Shown: positions 8,344 through 18,448, numbered from the stretch's first letter. The stretch is 53,333 nt of DNA from Phycisphaerales bacterium (GCA_022360095.1 JAKSDK010000795.1:1-53333), one strand, 5' to 3'. Numbers and translations are program-made. Notes: generated by a model from the sequence alone, not told the origin.

Positions 8344-9474
8344 ATGCGTCGAGGTCAAGACAGATACCCTCACTTCGGTTTTCTCATTCTGTCGTTTTTG
8401 GTCTTGACGAGAGTTGTACACGCGGGCGATTTGCTCGTGGCGAGTTTCCTTAACAGCAAAATAGCACGTTTTGCGGAGTCCAACGGCTTGTATCTGGGCG
8501 ATTTCGTGCCGGCAGGCAGCGGCGGTCTTACCACGCCGCATGCCCTCGGTTTCGGCCCGGACGGGCACCTGTACGTTGCGACTTTTGGGGGCGGCAGTGT
8601 TCTTCGGTATGACGCCACAACCGGCGCACCGCTGCCCAGTTCAACAGGCGCCCCGGGAACCGCGGAGTTTGTTGCATCCGGCGCCGGCGGTTTGGTCCAG
8701 GCAGCCGGGATGGATTTCGGGCCCGATGGCAATATTTATGTCAGTGATCACGCCACCAGTCGGGTGCTCCGCTATAACGGGACCACCGGTACGTTCATCG
8801 ATGTCTTTGTCCCCACAGGGAGCGGCGGACTCGACGACGTGGAGTTGATCAAGTTTGGTTCTGACGGGCATTTGTACGCTTGCAGCGCGGCCGACGGTTC
8901 GATCTTGCGCTACAAAGGAACCACGGGCGTGCCGTTGCCGGGCCCTCTTGGCGCATTGGGCACCGCTCAATTTGTAACACCGGGCAGCGGAGGGTTGAGC
9001 GACCCACATGATCTGGCATTCGGGCCGGATGGAGACCTGTATGTCGCATCGTTCGGCAGCAGCAGAGTGATTCAATATGACGGGACCACCGGAGCGCTCT
9101 TGAGTTTGTTCGTCTCAGCCGGCGTGCCTTCCGCGCACGGTATCGAGTTCGGAAACGACGGCGATCTTTATGTCGCCGCCTTCGGGTCCACCGGAATTCC
9201 CCATTTTGACGGGACGAACGGTTCTTCGTTGGGCAACTTCGTCAGCCCGGGCATCGGATCACTCAGTGGCCCTACGGACCTGCTCTTTTTTCCGCTGTTG
9301 CTCGGCGACATTGACGGAGACGGCGATGTTGACTTGAATGACGTCGGACCGTTTGTCGATGCGCTGCTTGGTTCGCCGCAGGCCCCGATTCATCTCAGCC
9401 GGTCGGACCTCGACGACAATGGTGCAGCCGACGGTAACGACATCGCGGAGTTTATCGCGATCCTGTTGGACTAG
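8344..9474 (+). CDS. Secreted NHL-type beta-propeller repeat protein with a C-terminal dockerin-like Ca-binding repeat pair.
   Basis: Five to six ~45-aa repeats (HLYVATFGGGSVLRYDATTG, NIYVSDHATSRVLRYNGTTG ...). The C-terminus is GDIDGDGDVDLNDV ... SDLDDNGAADGNDI. The ATG at 8344 is preceded by AGGAGG. The signal-like segment is FGFLILSFLVLTRVVHA. Confidence 0.65.
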   Translation: MRRGQDRYPHFGFLILSFLVLTRVVHAGDLLVASFLNSKIARFAESNGLYLGDFVPAGSGGLTTPHALGFGPDGHLYVATFGGGSVLRYDATTGAPLPSSTGAPGTAEFVASGAGGLVQAAGMDFGPDGNIYVSDHATSRVLRYNGTTGTFIDVFVPTGSGGLDDVELIKFGSDGHLYACSAADGSILRYKGTTGVPLPGPLGALGTAQFVTPGSGGLSDPHDLAFGPDGDLYVASFGSSRVIQYDGTTGALLSLFVSAGVPSAHGIEFGNDGDLYVAAFGSTGIPHFDGTNGSSLGNFVSPGIGSLSGPTDLLFFPLLLGDIDGDGDVDLNDVGPFVDALLGSPQAPIHLSRSDLDDNGAADGNDIAEFIAILLD

Positions 9475-9525
9475 GTGTATTGAGCTTCCGGCCACAAGTC
9501 CAACCGGCTTTGGCAGGAGTTTAGT

Positions 9526-10014
9526 ATGAATGAATCCGTCCAACCTCCAATCCTGCGCCGGGTCGAGGACAAGCTTTCGGATGAACGCATCACCGAAGCC
9601 GTGTTGCTCGATGTTCTCGACCTGGCGCTGGAACATTTTGGTTGTGTCGTCGGCACGATTCATCGACTCAATCGGGCCAATGGTCTGTTGGAGATCGCCG
9701 CCCAGCGCGGCATTCCCGACGCGATCATGGGCAGGGTCCGGATCATCCCGATCGGCAAAGGCATGGCCGGGTTGGCCGCGGAACGTCGCGAGCCGGTTCA
9801 GGTCTGTAATCTTCAGACGGATGAATCGGGCGTTGCAAAGCCCGGCGCGAAGCTGACTGAAATGGAAGGCTCGATCGCAGCACCGGTGTTGGTCGGCGAT
9901 TCCCTGCGCGGAACCATCGGCGTGGCCAAACCGCAGGCCTATGAATTCACGAAGGATGAGCAGGCGCTCCTGCTGGAAATCGGTTCGATGATCGGTAGAA
10001 GACTTGACGAATAG
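9526..10014 (+). CDS. GAF domain protein.
   Basis: 162 aa. The SD AGGAG precedes the start. The fold pattern is consistent with GAF (IPIGKGMAGLAAERREPVQV, SIAAPVLVGDSLRGTIGV). Confidence 0.55.
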   Translation: MNESVQPPILRRVEDKLSDERITEAVLLDVLDLALEHFGCVVGTIHRLNRANGLLEIAAQRGIPDAIMGRVRIIPIGKGMAGLAAERREPVQVCNLQTDESGVAKPGAKLTEMEGSIAAPVLVGDSLRGTIGVAKPQAYEFTKDEQALLLEIGSMIGRRLDE

Positions 10015-10746
10015 ATGGCCGACCTAAGACTGAATGATTTCAAAGCATTGACCTTTGATTGCTACGGCACGCTGATCGACTGGGAACGTGGCATTCTCTC
10101 GGTGTTGCGATCATGGGCGGTCCGACGTTCGCTCGACGTTGCCGATGATGAACTCCTCGATGCGTTCAGCAAGGCCGAACATCGTTGCCAGGAAGCGGAA
10201 CCGGGCGCGCTTTATCCGGATGTCCTGCGTGCCGTGCACCGACGTCTCGCAGATCACTTTGACGTATCGAATATGGAAGAGGATGCGAATGCATTAGCCG
10301 GTTCGATCAAGGACTGGCCGGCATTCGACGATTCGCCCGCGGCGCTTGAGGTGCTCAAGCGGCACTACAAGTTGGTGATTCTATCCAACATCGACAAAGC
10401 CTCCTTCGCTCATTCCAACGCGAAGCTCGGCATCGAATTCGACGCGATCATCACGGCGGAGGACGTGGGCCGCTACAAACCTGACCACGGGCACTTTCTA
10501 CAAGCCTTCGACGTGCTGGCGAAGATGGGGATCGCCAGGCATGAGATTCTTCATGTAGCTCAGAGTCTGTTTCATGATCATGTTCCGGCCAAGGCGTTGG
10601 GACTGTGCACGGTCTGGGTCGACCGTCGTCATGGTCAAAGCGGCTGGGGCGCGACGCCTCCACCGTCTTCGGAGGTTCGCCCGGACCTCGTTGTTACGAC
10701 GCTTGCCGAACTCGCCCGACAAGTCATGCAGGCGAAAAGCGTCTAG
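10015..10746 (+). CDS. HAD-superfamily hydrolase, 2-haloacid dehalogenase type II-like.
   Basis: N-terminal motif I FDCYGTLIDWE. Downstream SNID and K...D motifs. Its start codon abuts the stop of the GAF gene. Confidence 0.7.
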   Translation: MADLRLNDFKALTFDCYGTLIDWERGILSVLRSWAVRRSLDVADDELLDAFSKAEHRCQEAEPGALYPDVLRAVHRRLADHFDVSNMEEDANALAGSIKDWPAFDDSPAALEVLKRHYKLVILSNIDKASFAHSNAKLGIEFDAIITAEDVGRYKPDHGHFLQAFDVLAKMGIARHEILHVAQSLFHDHVPAKALGLCTVWVDRRHGQSGWGATPPPSSEVRPDLVVTTLAELARQVMQAKSV

Positions 10747-11540
10747 TCATGGGCAAAAGCGGGCGTCTGTGCGAGGGGTGTTGTTTTTTTCCGGTTTCTC
10801 AACTTCTCTTGGACTGCCGGCTGGTCAGGATCGATCTGCAAGGAGCGGCGGAGATGCACGAGGGCTGTATCGCCATTGCGAATGTCTTTATAGATGTCCG
10901 CGAGTTCATTATGGACTCGGGCCGAGACCGGATTGAGTCGTTCCGCCTCCAACAACGTTTTGATGGCCGAGTCATAGGCCCCCATGCGGCGATAGCAAAT
11001 GCCCAGCTTTAATGCCGCTGAAAAGTTCTTGGGGTCCTGAGACCGCGCATGGCGATAGGACTTCACCGCGGCGTCAAAAAGTCGTTGGCGGTGGAATGAG
11101 GTCATCGCCCGGTTCGACAGGCAATCTCCCAAACCGAGTGAATAGTTCACGTTGTCGGGAGTGTATTTTAAAGCCTCTCGATAATGCTCGCAGGCCCGTT
11201 CGTCTTCGCCTTTTTTGGCAAGGATTTTGGCCAGGTAGGCGTGTGCGGACGAATTCCGCGGGTCGAATTTAAGGGCTCGTCTGAAGACGGCTTCGGCCTC
11301 GGCGTTTTCCGCCTCGACGAGAAGCCGTTCGCCGTGCTTGACTTCCTGTCTGGCGATCGATCGCTGGATGGCGTTCGCCGGTGCCGACCGTGAGGCATAA
11401 CAGCCGGTATTGAAGAGGGCGAAGATTGTCAGGAGGGTCACGGTACGTCCACATGAAGTCGACCGATCCAGACCTCGAGGCGGCCTCGGGATGGCGGGAC
11501 TCGGCTCCGACGGGTCTATTTCCATGGGTTGAGCTGGCAT
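10743..11540 (-). CDS. TPR-repeat lipoprotein. The start is uncertain; GTG 11441 would give a signal (VTLLTIFALFNTGC) with a lipobox-like Cys.
   Basis: Multiple TPR-like helices (AHAYLAKILAKKGEDERACEHYREALKY..., AALKLGICYRRMGAYDSAIKTLLEAERLNP). Its stop overlaps the HAD gene stop by 4 nt on the opposite strand. Confidence 0.55.
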   Translation of the reverse strand: MPAQPMEIDPSEPSPAIPRPPRGLDRSTSCGRTVTLLTIFALFNTGCYASRSAPANAIQRSIARQEVKHGERLLVEAENAEAEAVFRRALKFDPRNSSAHAYLAKILAKKGEDERACEHYREALKYTPDNVNYSLGLGDCLSNRAMTSFHRQRLFDAAVKSYRHARSQDPKNFSAALKLGICYRRMGAYDSAIKTLLEAERLNPVSARVHNELADIYKDIRNGDTALVHLRRSLQIDPDQPAVQEKLRNRKKTTPLAQTPAFAHD

Positions 11541-11698
11541 ATGCCTTATATCGGCAAATTGCGGGCTTTGGCGACGCAGAACCGGCTCTGAAACGGCGAG
11601 AATTGACTCTGAAGATTCCGAACTTATGATCCCCTGATGTCGGCAGCCCTGCCAATCTATGATCCGGGAACTTTCGATATGGATTAAGGAACGAAAAG

Positions 11699-12448
11699 AT
11701 GCAGGTTTTGATTGCGCTTCCCGTTTTCAACGAAGAACGCTATGTGCAAGACGTACTCGGCCGAATTCGTCTTTTGACCGATCATGTTCTCGTGGTGGAC
11801 GACGGCTCCACCGATGCCACGCCGCAGATACTAAGCAAGATACCTGCAATCACGGTGATCCGGCATCCGGAAAATCGAGGCTATGGTCAAAGTCTTATTG
11901 ATGCTTTCGATTATTCGGACCGTCACAACTACGATTGGGTCATCACCATCGACTGCGACGATCAACATGAACCGGCGCAAATCCCGGCCTTCCTCGAACG
12001 TGCGGCCAGAGGTGATGTTGACGTTGTTTCCGGGTCTCGATATCTGCAGGACTTTCCCGGCAACACGGCCGCGCCGAGCGACCGGCGGCGCATCAATCGG
12101 CAGATCACGGAACTGCTGAATTCGACACTCGGTCTCGAGTTGACCGACGCCTTTTGCGGCTTCAAGGCTTACCGCGTATCCGCCGTTTCCCGATTGACCT
12201 TGTCCATCCCGGGGTATGCGTTTCCGCTGCAATTCTGGGCCCAGGCGGCATGCCACCGTTTGCGAATCTCTGAGCTTCCAGTGCCTCTTGTTTATCACGA
12301 TCCGACACGGCACTTCGGCGGGATGCTCGACGAGCCGGATTCGCGCCTGGAACATTACCTTGACGTCTTCCGCGCGGAACTCGCTCGGTTGCAGCCTTGT
12401 TTGGGAACAAACCATGCCCCATGCGAATCGCCTTGTCCGGATGCATGA
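11699..12448 (+). CDS. Family-2 glycosyltransferase, polyprenyl-phosphate sugar synthase (DPM1/GtrB)-like.
   Basis: ALPVFNEERYV, VVDDGSTDAT, DCDDQHEP (DXD region). SD AAGGAA upstream. Confidence 0.7.
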   Translation: MQVLIALPVFNEERYVQDVLGRIRLLTDHVLVVDDGSTDATPQILSKIPAITVIRHPENRGYGQSLIDAFDYSDRHNYDWVITIDCDDQHEPAQIPAFLERAARGDVDVVSGSRYLQDFPGNTAAPSDRRRINRQITELLNSTLGLELTDAFCGFKAYRVSAVSRLTLSIPGYAFPLQFWAQAACHRLRISELPVPLVYHDPTRHFGGMLDEPDSRLEHYLDVFRAELARLQPCLGTNHAPCESPCPDA

Positions 12449-12481
12449 GCCTTCCGAGAGGCACGTTCACATGCGCTCGCA

Positions 12482-14074
12482 ATGACCAAACGACTTCAAT
12501 CAGACATTGATTCCTTGACGGCGCCCACTGCCGACGGTGAGATCCTGATCTGGCCGGAGGCGGGGGATCTTGTTTCGTTGGCGGAAAAGAACCGGCGTCG
12601 TCGCGAGCGTGATGAGTTCATGCTCCTCGATCGTCCCGCGCATCAATGGCGCTCTGATGGCGTAGAGGCCGGTCTCGTGTTCATGTCCGGCCATCAACCC
12701 GATTTCTTTCATGCCGGCGTGTGGGCCAAGAACGTGGTCACTTCCGTTCTGGCCGGCCGAACCGGCGGTGCGGCCCGTTTTCTGGTGGTCGACAGTGATG
12801 TGCCGGACCGAATCGCAATTCAGTGGCCGGACAATCGCGGCGAGTATTGCCGCATGCGAAGTGCCCTGGCCACCGCTTCGGTGAATCGGCAGTCTTATGA
12901 ATACCTGACCGACCGGAGTTCACTGGATTTTGGCGGCATGTTCAGGGCCATTCCGGAAACCATGCGATCGGATGACGCGCCGATGGGCGCTTTTGAAAAT
13001 GGGTTCATGCAACCGAGGGCCGACGATGATCGGGGCGGCGAGGGTTATGTTGACCGGTGGACCGCAGGAGTACGTTCGATCGAAGAGGGAATCGGCGTTC
13101 CATCGCCGGGGTTTCTCCGAATCAGTCAGGTGTTCGGGCATGGCGCGAATCGCGGCAATGAGTCCGCTGCGGCATTCGTGGCGCATTTATTTCTTCAGGC
13201 CAGGGCGTTCGCTGCCGCCTACAACCATGCCATCGCCAACTATCGCGAAAGGCGAGGAATCCGTGGTCAGCAACATCCCATTCCCGACCTGGTTGCCACG
13301 GACGATCGCGTCGAGGTTCCGTTCTGGGCGCTTCATGCCGGCGAATCCAGACAGCGCCTGTCGGTTTCATGGGACGAAGCGGATCGCATCACGCTCTGGG
13401 TGGGGGCGGACAAGGTCTGCAACCTGGGACGCGACGAACTTCGAGCGAAGCCGAGAGCAACGCTCGAGGAATGCTTGAATCCATGGCAGGTTCGCCCGCG
13501 TGCGCTGGCCCAAACGATGTACGCGAGGCTGTTCACGTGTGACCTGTTTGTTCATGGCATCGGGGGGGCCAAGTACGATCAGATTACGGACGATATCATC
13601 CGCGTTTTTTTTGGCGTCGAGCCGCCCGCGTATGCCGCTGTTTCGGCGACGATGTGGCTCCCCCTGAAGCGTTTTGGTATACGTCCATCGGACCTCCGGA
13701 TTGGTCGGCACAAGGCCCGTGATCTTCGATACAATCCTCAACGCTACCTTGTCGACGGTGGCGATGTTCAGGTGCTGAAAGCCATTATTGAGAGGCGTGA
13801 ACAGGCGATCCGAGATTCGGAGCGTCTGCGTGCGGAACGGAGGCGAGATCGGGCGGCTCGCCGCGTGGCTTATGATCAAATCCACCGGGCCAACACCGAT
13901 TTGCTCAATGCGGTCCCGGAAATCGCCGTGGAGACCGATCGCAGCATTGCCGAAATCAGCGCCCGGTTGGATCATGACAAGGTCACGAAGTCGCGTGAAT
14001 GGTTCTTCGCATTGCACCCCAAAGCCAGGTTGATTCGGCTTCACGGTCTCCTGAAAGACAAGCTGGGAGACTAG
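12482..14074 (+). CDS. Hypothetical 530-aa protein, possibly BshC-like (YllA/DUF2317, a putative cysteine-adding enzyme), with a C-terminal coiled coil.
   Basis: Its size, the C-terminal coiled coil, an N-terminal GHQPDFFHAGVWAKN segment resembling the G-Q-Q-P-x-L-F-x-G-P...K motif I recall for BshC, and its position immediately upstream of rsmH as in Bacillus yllA. This is a recollection, not a search result. Confidence 0.35.
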   Translation: MTKRLQSDIDSLTAPTADGEILIWPEAGDLVSLAEKNRRRRERDEFMLLDRPAHQWRSDGVEAGLVFMSGHQPDFFHAGVWAKNVVTSVLAGRTGGAARFLVVDSDVPDRIAIQWPDNRGEYCRMRSALATASVNRQSYEYLTDRSSLDFGGMFRAIPETMRSDDAPMGAFENGFMQPRADDDRGGEGYVDRWTAGVRSIEEGIGVPSPGFLRISQVFGHGANRGNESAAAFVAHLFLQARAFAAAYNHAIANYRERRGIRGQQHPIPDLVATDDRVEVPFWALHAGESRQRLSVSWDEADRITLWVGADKVCNLGRDELRAKPRATLEECLNPWQVRPRALAQTMYARLFTCDLFVHGIGGAKYDQITDDIIRVFFGVEPPAYAAVSATMWLPLKRFGIRPSDLRIGRHKARDLRYNPQRYLVDGGDVQVLKAIIERREQAIRDSERLRAERRRDRAARRVAYDQIHRANTDLLNAVPEIAVETDRSIAEISARLDHDKVTKSREWFFALHPKARLIRLHGLLKDKLGD

Positions 14075-14078
14075 GAGG

Positions 14079-14999
14079 ATGAATTCGTTGAGCGAACCGG
14101 CTCCAATTCATATGCCGGTCCTGGCAGAGCAGGTTGTCGAGCATTTTTCGGGCGACCGGCTGAGCATTGTCGTGGACTGCACCCTTGGCCTGGGGGGGCA
14201 TTCCAGGCTTTTGTTGGAACGACATCCGCAAATGAGACTCATCGGCCTGGACATGGACGATCAGAACCTGTCGCATGCGCGGGAAATTCTGGCGGATCAT
14301 GCAGGCCGGATTCGATTGGTTCGGGCAGATTTTGCCGATCTGGATAGCGTTCTGGCCGATCTCGAAGTCCGCGGGGTCGACGCAATCCTTGCCGATCTCG
14401 GGGTCAGCAGCAATCAAATCGCGGATCCGGATCGAGGCCTGAGTTTTGATTTGGACGGGCCTTTGGACATGCGGCTCGATCGTCGTCGGAAGACGACGGC
14501 GGCTGACCTGGTGAACACTTTGTCCGAAGGCGAACTGTCGGACCTACTTTACTTTCAGAGTCAGGAGCGACACAGCCGAAAGATTGCTAGACGAATCTGT
14601 CAGGTTCGCCGACAAGGCCGTATCAACAGCACTGTGGCGTTGGCCCGGCTGGTGGCGTCGGCGGTCGGTGAGAACCCGGACTCGCATCGCGGGCGAATTC
14701 ATCCGGCAACCCGGACGTTCATGGCACTACGCCGGTCGGTCAACCGGGAAACGGAGTCGTTGCAGCGGCTTTTGGGTTTGGTGCCCGGGCTTCTCCGTGA
14801 AGAGGGTCGCGTGGCGATCATCAGCTTCCATAGTGGAGAAGATTCGCTGGTCAAGAAGGACTTTCGCGGGCGTTCTCGTGAAGGCATCTACCGTATTTTG
14901 ACGAAAAAACCAATTGTCGCGGATGAATCGGAACGGCTGGCGAATCCTCGCAGCCGCTCCGCCAAAATGCGGGTCGCCGAACGCATGTCGGGGCCTTGA
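14079..14999 (+). CDS. rsmH: 16S rRNA (cytosine1402-N4)-methyltransferase RsmH (MraW).
   Basis: VDCTLGLGGHS SAM motif, DLGVSS, ISFHSGED. SD AGGAGG upstream. First gene of the dcw cluster. Confidence 0.9.
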   Translation: MNSLSEPAPIHMPVLAEQVVEHFSGDRLSIVVDCTLGLGGHSRLLLERHPQMRLIGLDMDDQNLSHAREILADHAGRIRLVRADFADLDSVLADLEVRGVDAILADLGVSSNQIADPDRGLSFDLDGPLDMRLDRRRKTTAADLVNTLSEGELSDLLYFQSQERHSRKIARRICQVRRQGRINSTVALARLVASAVGENPDSHRGRIHPATRTFMALRRSVNRETESLQRLLGLVPGLLREEGRVAIISFHSGEDSLVKKDFRGRSREGIYRILTKKPIVADESERLANPRSRSAKMRVAERMSGP

Positions 15000-15049
15000 G
15001 AGTTCTTTAGTTTGTGTTAACATAGCAGTCGCACACGGAGGTGCTTCAA

Positions 15050-16198
15050 GTGACCAAGGAAACCAAAATCGGTCTGGTGGTGGGGCTCGCGTTTATCATT
15101 CTCTTCGCCATCATCCTTTCTGAAAAAGGGGCCAACACGGGCAGCAAGGTGCCCTCCCATTTAACAGTGGTGGATTCCGGTGAGTCTCCGACAACCGGTG
15201 CTGAGAAGCCGTTTCATAACGCCGGGCGGGTTGCGGTGGAAGAGTCGTTGCCGGACCCCATGGAGAACGACACGACGACACCCACGAGCATTGTGATGCT
15301 CGAGGAGCCGGTCGGTCAGCCGATTCCGGGTGAGGACGAGCCGATCGATCCGTTGCCGGATGCGGTGGTCAACGGGTTGAATATTCCTCTGATTGAATCT
15401 GAAATCCCGGTCAACGCCCCGAGTACGCCTGAGACGGATTCGATGTCTTTGAGAGAGGCGCTGACGGTGGCCTTGAACGCGCCGCCATCGGATGAAGGCG
15501 CTCTGGTGATCGACGATGAGTTTCCGATCACGCCGGAGATGTCACGTGCGAGCCTTCTGGACCGGACGGCGGCGGAACAAAAACCGAAGTCTTCGATGAA
15601 GATCATCGCCGTCCACAAGGTCCGGTCGGGCGAGAGCCTAGGCAAGATTGCGGCCAAGCACTACGGTCGATCGACGCCTTCGCGAATCGCCGCGATCTTT
15701 GATGCCAATCGGGATCGTTTGAGTTCGATTCATAGCGTTCGAGCCGGCTCCAAGCTGAACATCCCGAAGCTTGACGCGGAGCAGGACATCGCGTTTGAAC
15801 CCGTGACTCACTTCGCCCCGGCCGAAATTGTTTCGCACACGAGGCCGACGCGGGATTCATCGGTTCGGATTCCAATTCCTGTCGACGACCGGCTAACGAG
15901 ATCAATCCCGTCGAATGCGGCGCCCTTTGCCTCGGCGCCCGATACGACCAGAGCCAGTCGGGCTCCCGTGAACTTTAAATGGTACAAAGTCCGCGACCGT
16001 GACACGTTGAGCCGCATCGCCAAGCGGGAACTCGGCAATGAAAAGCTCTTCCTCGACATCTACAAGCTCAACAAGGACATCATCACCAATAAGCATAAGA
16101 TCAAGCCCGGTATGAAGATTCGCCTGCCTATTCAAGTGAGTTCCGCTCCTCCGATGGCCACGGTGTTGTCGGCTCTGGGCGAGCCTTCGGAACCGTGA
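15050..16198 (+). CDS. Membrane-anchored protein with two C-terminal LysM (peptidoglycan-binding) domains, inserted between rsmH and ftsL.
   Basis: TM IGLVVGLAFIILFAIIL. LysM 1: HKVRSGESLGKIAAKHYG...SKLNIP. LysM 2: YKVRDRDTLSRIAKRELG...GMKIRLP. GGAGGTG sits 6 nt before GTG 15050. The ORF track starts at 15041. Confidence 0.6.
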   Translation: MTKETKIGLVVGLAFIILFAIILSEKGANTGSKVPSHLTVVDSGESPTTGAEKPFHNAGRVAVEESLPDPMENDTTTPTSIVMLEEPVGQPIPGEDEPIDPLPDAVVNGLNIPLIESEIPVNAPSTPETDSMSLREALTVALNAPPSDEGALVIDDEFPITPEMSRASLLDRTAAEQKPKSSMKIIAVHKVRSGESLGKIAAKHYGRSTPSRIAAIFDANRDRLSSIHSVRAGSKLNIPKLDAEQDIAFEPVTHFAPAEIVSHTRPTRDSSVRIPIPVDDRLTRSIPSNAAPFASAPDTTRASRAPVNFKWYKVRDRDTLSRIAKRELGNEKLFLDIYKLNKDIITNKHKIKPGMKIRLPIQVSSAPPMATVLSALGEPSEP

Positions 16199-16208
16199 GA
16201 CGCATGAT

Positions 16209-16463
16209 ATGACGACGTTCCGAGCTCTTCTGGTTCTTTTTATGATGGTGACGGTGGGTGTTGTCATCGTCGTGATTCGTCAGGAATCCGCCAAGGCGGC
16301 GAATCGCATTCAGGGGCTTCATCACCAAAAGATCACGCTGGAGCAGAGCCTCTGGACGCGCGAACTTGAATTGGCCAGGCTACGTGGCCCTGAGGCCATA
16401 CGACACCGTGCAGATGCGCTCGGATTTGAGGTTGTCCCTCCGGCTGCGAATCGGGACCCGTAG
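16209..16463 (+). CDS. ftsL: FtsL-like cell-division protein: small bitopic protein with one TM helix and a coiled coil.
   Basis: 84 aa. TM LLVLFMMVTVGVVIVVI then a heptad-like segment. Positioned directly before ftsI as in canonical dcw clusters. Confidence 0.5.
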   Translation: MTTFRALLVLFMMVTVGVVIVVIRQESAKAANRIQGLHHQKITLEQSLWTRELELARLRGPEAIRHRADALGFEVVPPAANRDP

Positions 16464-16547
16464 TGGGGTTGGTCCACCCCGGCAAACACTTGTCGTGCCA
16501 CAGGGCGTTGTCATCAAGAGCCGTCCTGATCACGACTGACTCAAGGA

Positions 16548-18308
16548 ATGGATGCCTTGCGGTCGCGCTCTTCCAATTTTGCGGCACACGCTCTCATTGG
16601 CACCGTCATGGTGGCTTTGCTCGTGCTGGTCGGCCGTCTCGTTTACATCAACACCTACCATGGGCCTCGCCTGATCGCCAAGGCTCATCGCCAGCAGCGT
16701 TCCCATGTGCCGCTTCAGCCGCGCCGAGGTTTCATCGTCGATGGTCGTGGCCGGATCATTGCCGGCACGATGCCTCGAAAAAGTGTTTTCGCCGATCCCA
16801 AAGTGATCCCGAACAAGGAGGCCGCCGCGCTTAAGCTTTCGGAAGTGCTTCAAATCGACCCCGGGGAAATCGTCCCTGATCTCCTTGCCGCCGGTGAGCA
16901 TCGTTTCTTCGTCATCCGACGCGGCGTCAGCGAAGAGGAGGCGGAACGCATTAAGCAGGCCGGCATCTACGGGCTCGGCGTTTTCACGGAGCCCTATCGC
17001 ACCTATCCCATGAACAGTCTTGCGGCCAGTTTGATCGGTTTCGTCTCACCGGACGGAGTCGGCGTCAGCGGCTTGGAGCATCAATGCGACTCCTGGCTGC
17101 GTGGCGAGAACGGCGCAAAAACGATTATTCGCGACGCCGGTCGCAAGGCTTTTTGGCTGGCCGACGGGGGTTATCGTCCGGCCAGGGACGGTTTTCATGT
17201 GGTGTTGACCATTGATCTGGAGGTCCAGGCAAAGGTCGAGCGCGAACTCGAGGCCACCGTTCAGAAGTATCAGGCCGAAAGTGCCGTCGCCATCGTGATG
17301 CACCCCATGACGGGCGCAATCTTGGCGATGGCCAACTATCCGGGCTACGATCCGAACAACTATCGCGACTTTAGCACGGTCCGTTACCGGAATCGGACCA
17401 TCACGGACCCGTATGAGCCGGGCAGCACCTTTAAGCCGTTTATCGCCGCGGCGGCGCTTGCCGAAGGCGTCGTGCGGCTAGGCGAGGTTTTCGATTGTGA
17501 GCGAGGCGCCTGGCAGGACGGCCCCCGGACTCTCCGTGATCATCATCCTCATGATTACCTCTCCTTCGAGGAGATTCTGATCAAGTCCAGCAACATCGGG
17601 ATGGGCAAGATCGGAAAACGGCTCGGCAACGAGCGCCTCCATCATTATGTGAAGGCGTTCGGCTTTGGAGAGAAGACTGGAATCGACCTTCAGGCGGAAG
17701 ATCCCGGCATCGTACGACGGTTGTCTCGTTGGAACACCTACTCGACGACCAGCATTCCCATGGGCCAGGAAATCGGGGTGACTCCAATGCAGTTGGCCAG
17801 AGCGTTTTGCACGTTTGCGAACGGCGGAAAGCTGGTCAAGCCTTATGTGATTCGTGCCGTGATGGATGCGGAAGGCAGGGTCATCAACGATTTCACGCCG
17901 TCGCCTCCGGAGCAGCAGGTGCTTCCGGAAGAGATCGTCGCGGTCATGAAGGACAAGATTCTCTGCGCGGTTGTGAACCAGGGCGGGGCCAGATCCGCCC
18001 GGCTCGCCAACTATCAGGTGTTCGGGAAAACCGGAACGGCCCAAATTGCCAAAAAAGGGGGTGGGGGCTATGAACCGAATGCATACGTCAGTTCGTTCGT
18101 GGCCGCAGCCCCAGCCGGTGATCCAGAATTGGTGGCTTTTGTCGCGGTTCGACGACCGAAGAAAGCTCTGGGCTATTACGGAGGAAAGGTCGCGGCGCCG
18201 GCCGTGCGAGGCATCCTAGGTCATGCCCTGGCCTATTTGCAGGTGACGCCGGAACCCATGAGTCAAGAGGCACTCACCGCGCTCTCGGAGGATGTTGACG
18301 CGGATTAA
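16548..18308 (+). CDS. ftsI: Peptidoglycan D,D-transpeptidase FtsI (PBP3).
   Basis: N-terminal TM. SxxK (STFKPF), SxN (KSSNIG), KTG (GKTGTA). SD AAGGAA upstream. Confidence 0.9.
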   Translation: MDALRSRSSNFAAHALIGTVMVALLVLVGRLVYINTYHGPRLIAKAHRQQRSHVPLQPRRGFIVDGRGRIIAGTMPRKSVFADPKVIPNKEAAALKLSEVLQIDPGEIVPDLLAAGEHRFFVIRRGVSEEEAERIKQAGIYGLGVFTEPYRTYPMNSLAASLIGFVSPDGVGVSGLEHQCDSWLRGENGAKTIIRDAGRKAFWLADGGYRPARDGFHVVLTIDLEVQAKVERELEATVQKYQAESAVAIVMHPMTGAILAMANYPGYDPNNYRDFSTVRYRNRTITDPYEPGSTFKPFIAAAALAEGVVRLGEVFDCERGAWQDGPRTLRDHHPHDYLSFEEILIKSSNIGMGKIGKRLGNERLHHYVKAFGFGEKTGIDLQAEDPGIVRRLSRWNTYSTTSIPMGQEIGVTPMQLARAFCTFANGGKLVKPYVIRAVMDAEGRVINDFTPSPPEQQVLPEEIVAVMKDKILCAVVNQGGARSARLANYQVFGKTGTAQIAKKGGGGYEPNAYVSSFVAAAPAGDPELVAFVAVRRPKKALGYYGGKVAAPAVRGILGHALAYLQVTPEPMSQEALTALSEDVDAD

Positions 18309-18448
18309 TCGGGCGGTGGGGCGGTTGTGAATTTCCGAACAAATCACAGGGGGCGAACGTAACGAAACCGTTTGAGCGAACCAGCGAGGCCAAAAGGTCG
18401 CAGTTTGGCTCACGGGCGAGTTCGCCTTCACGTTACAATGCGGCCGAC

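Noticed and set aside
13367-14044. 225-aa minus-strand ORF
   Set aside because: It is antisense within the 530-aa BshC-like gene and shows an Arg-rich artefact composition.
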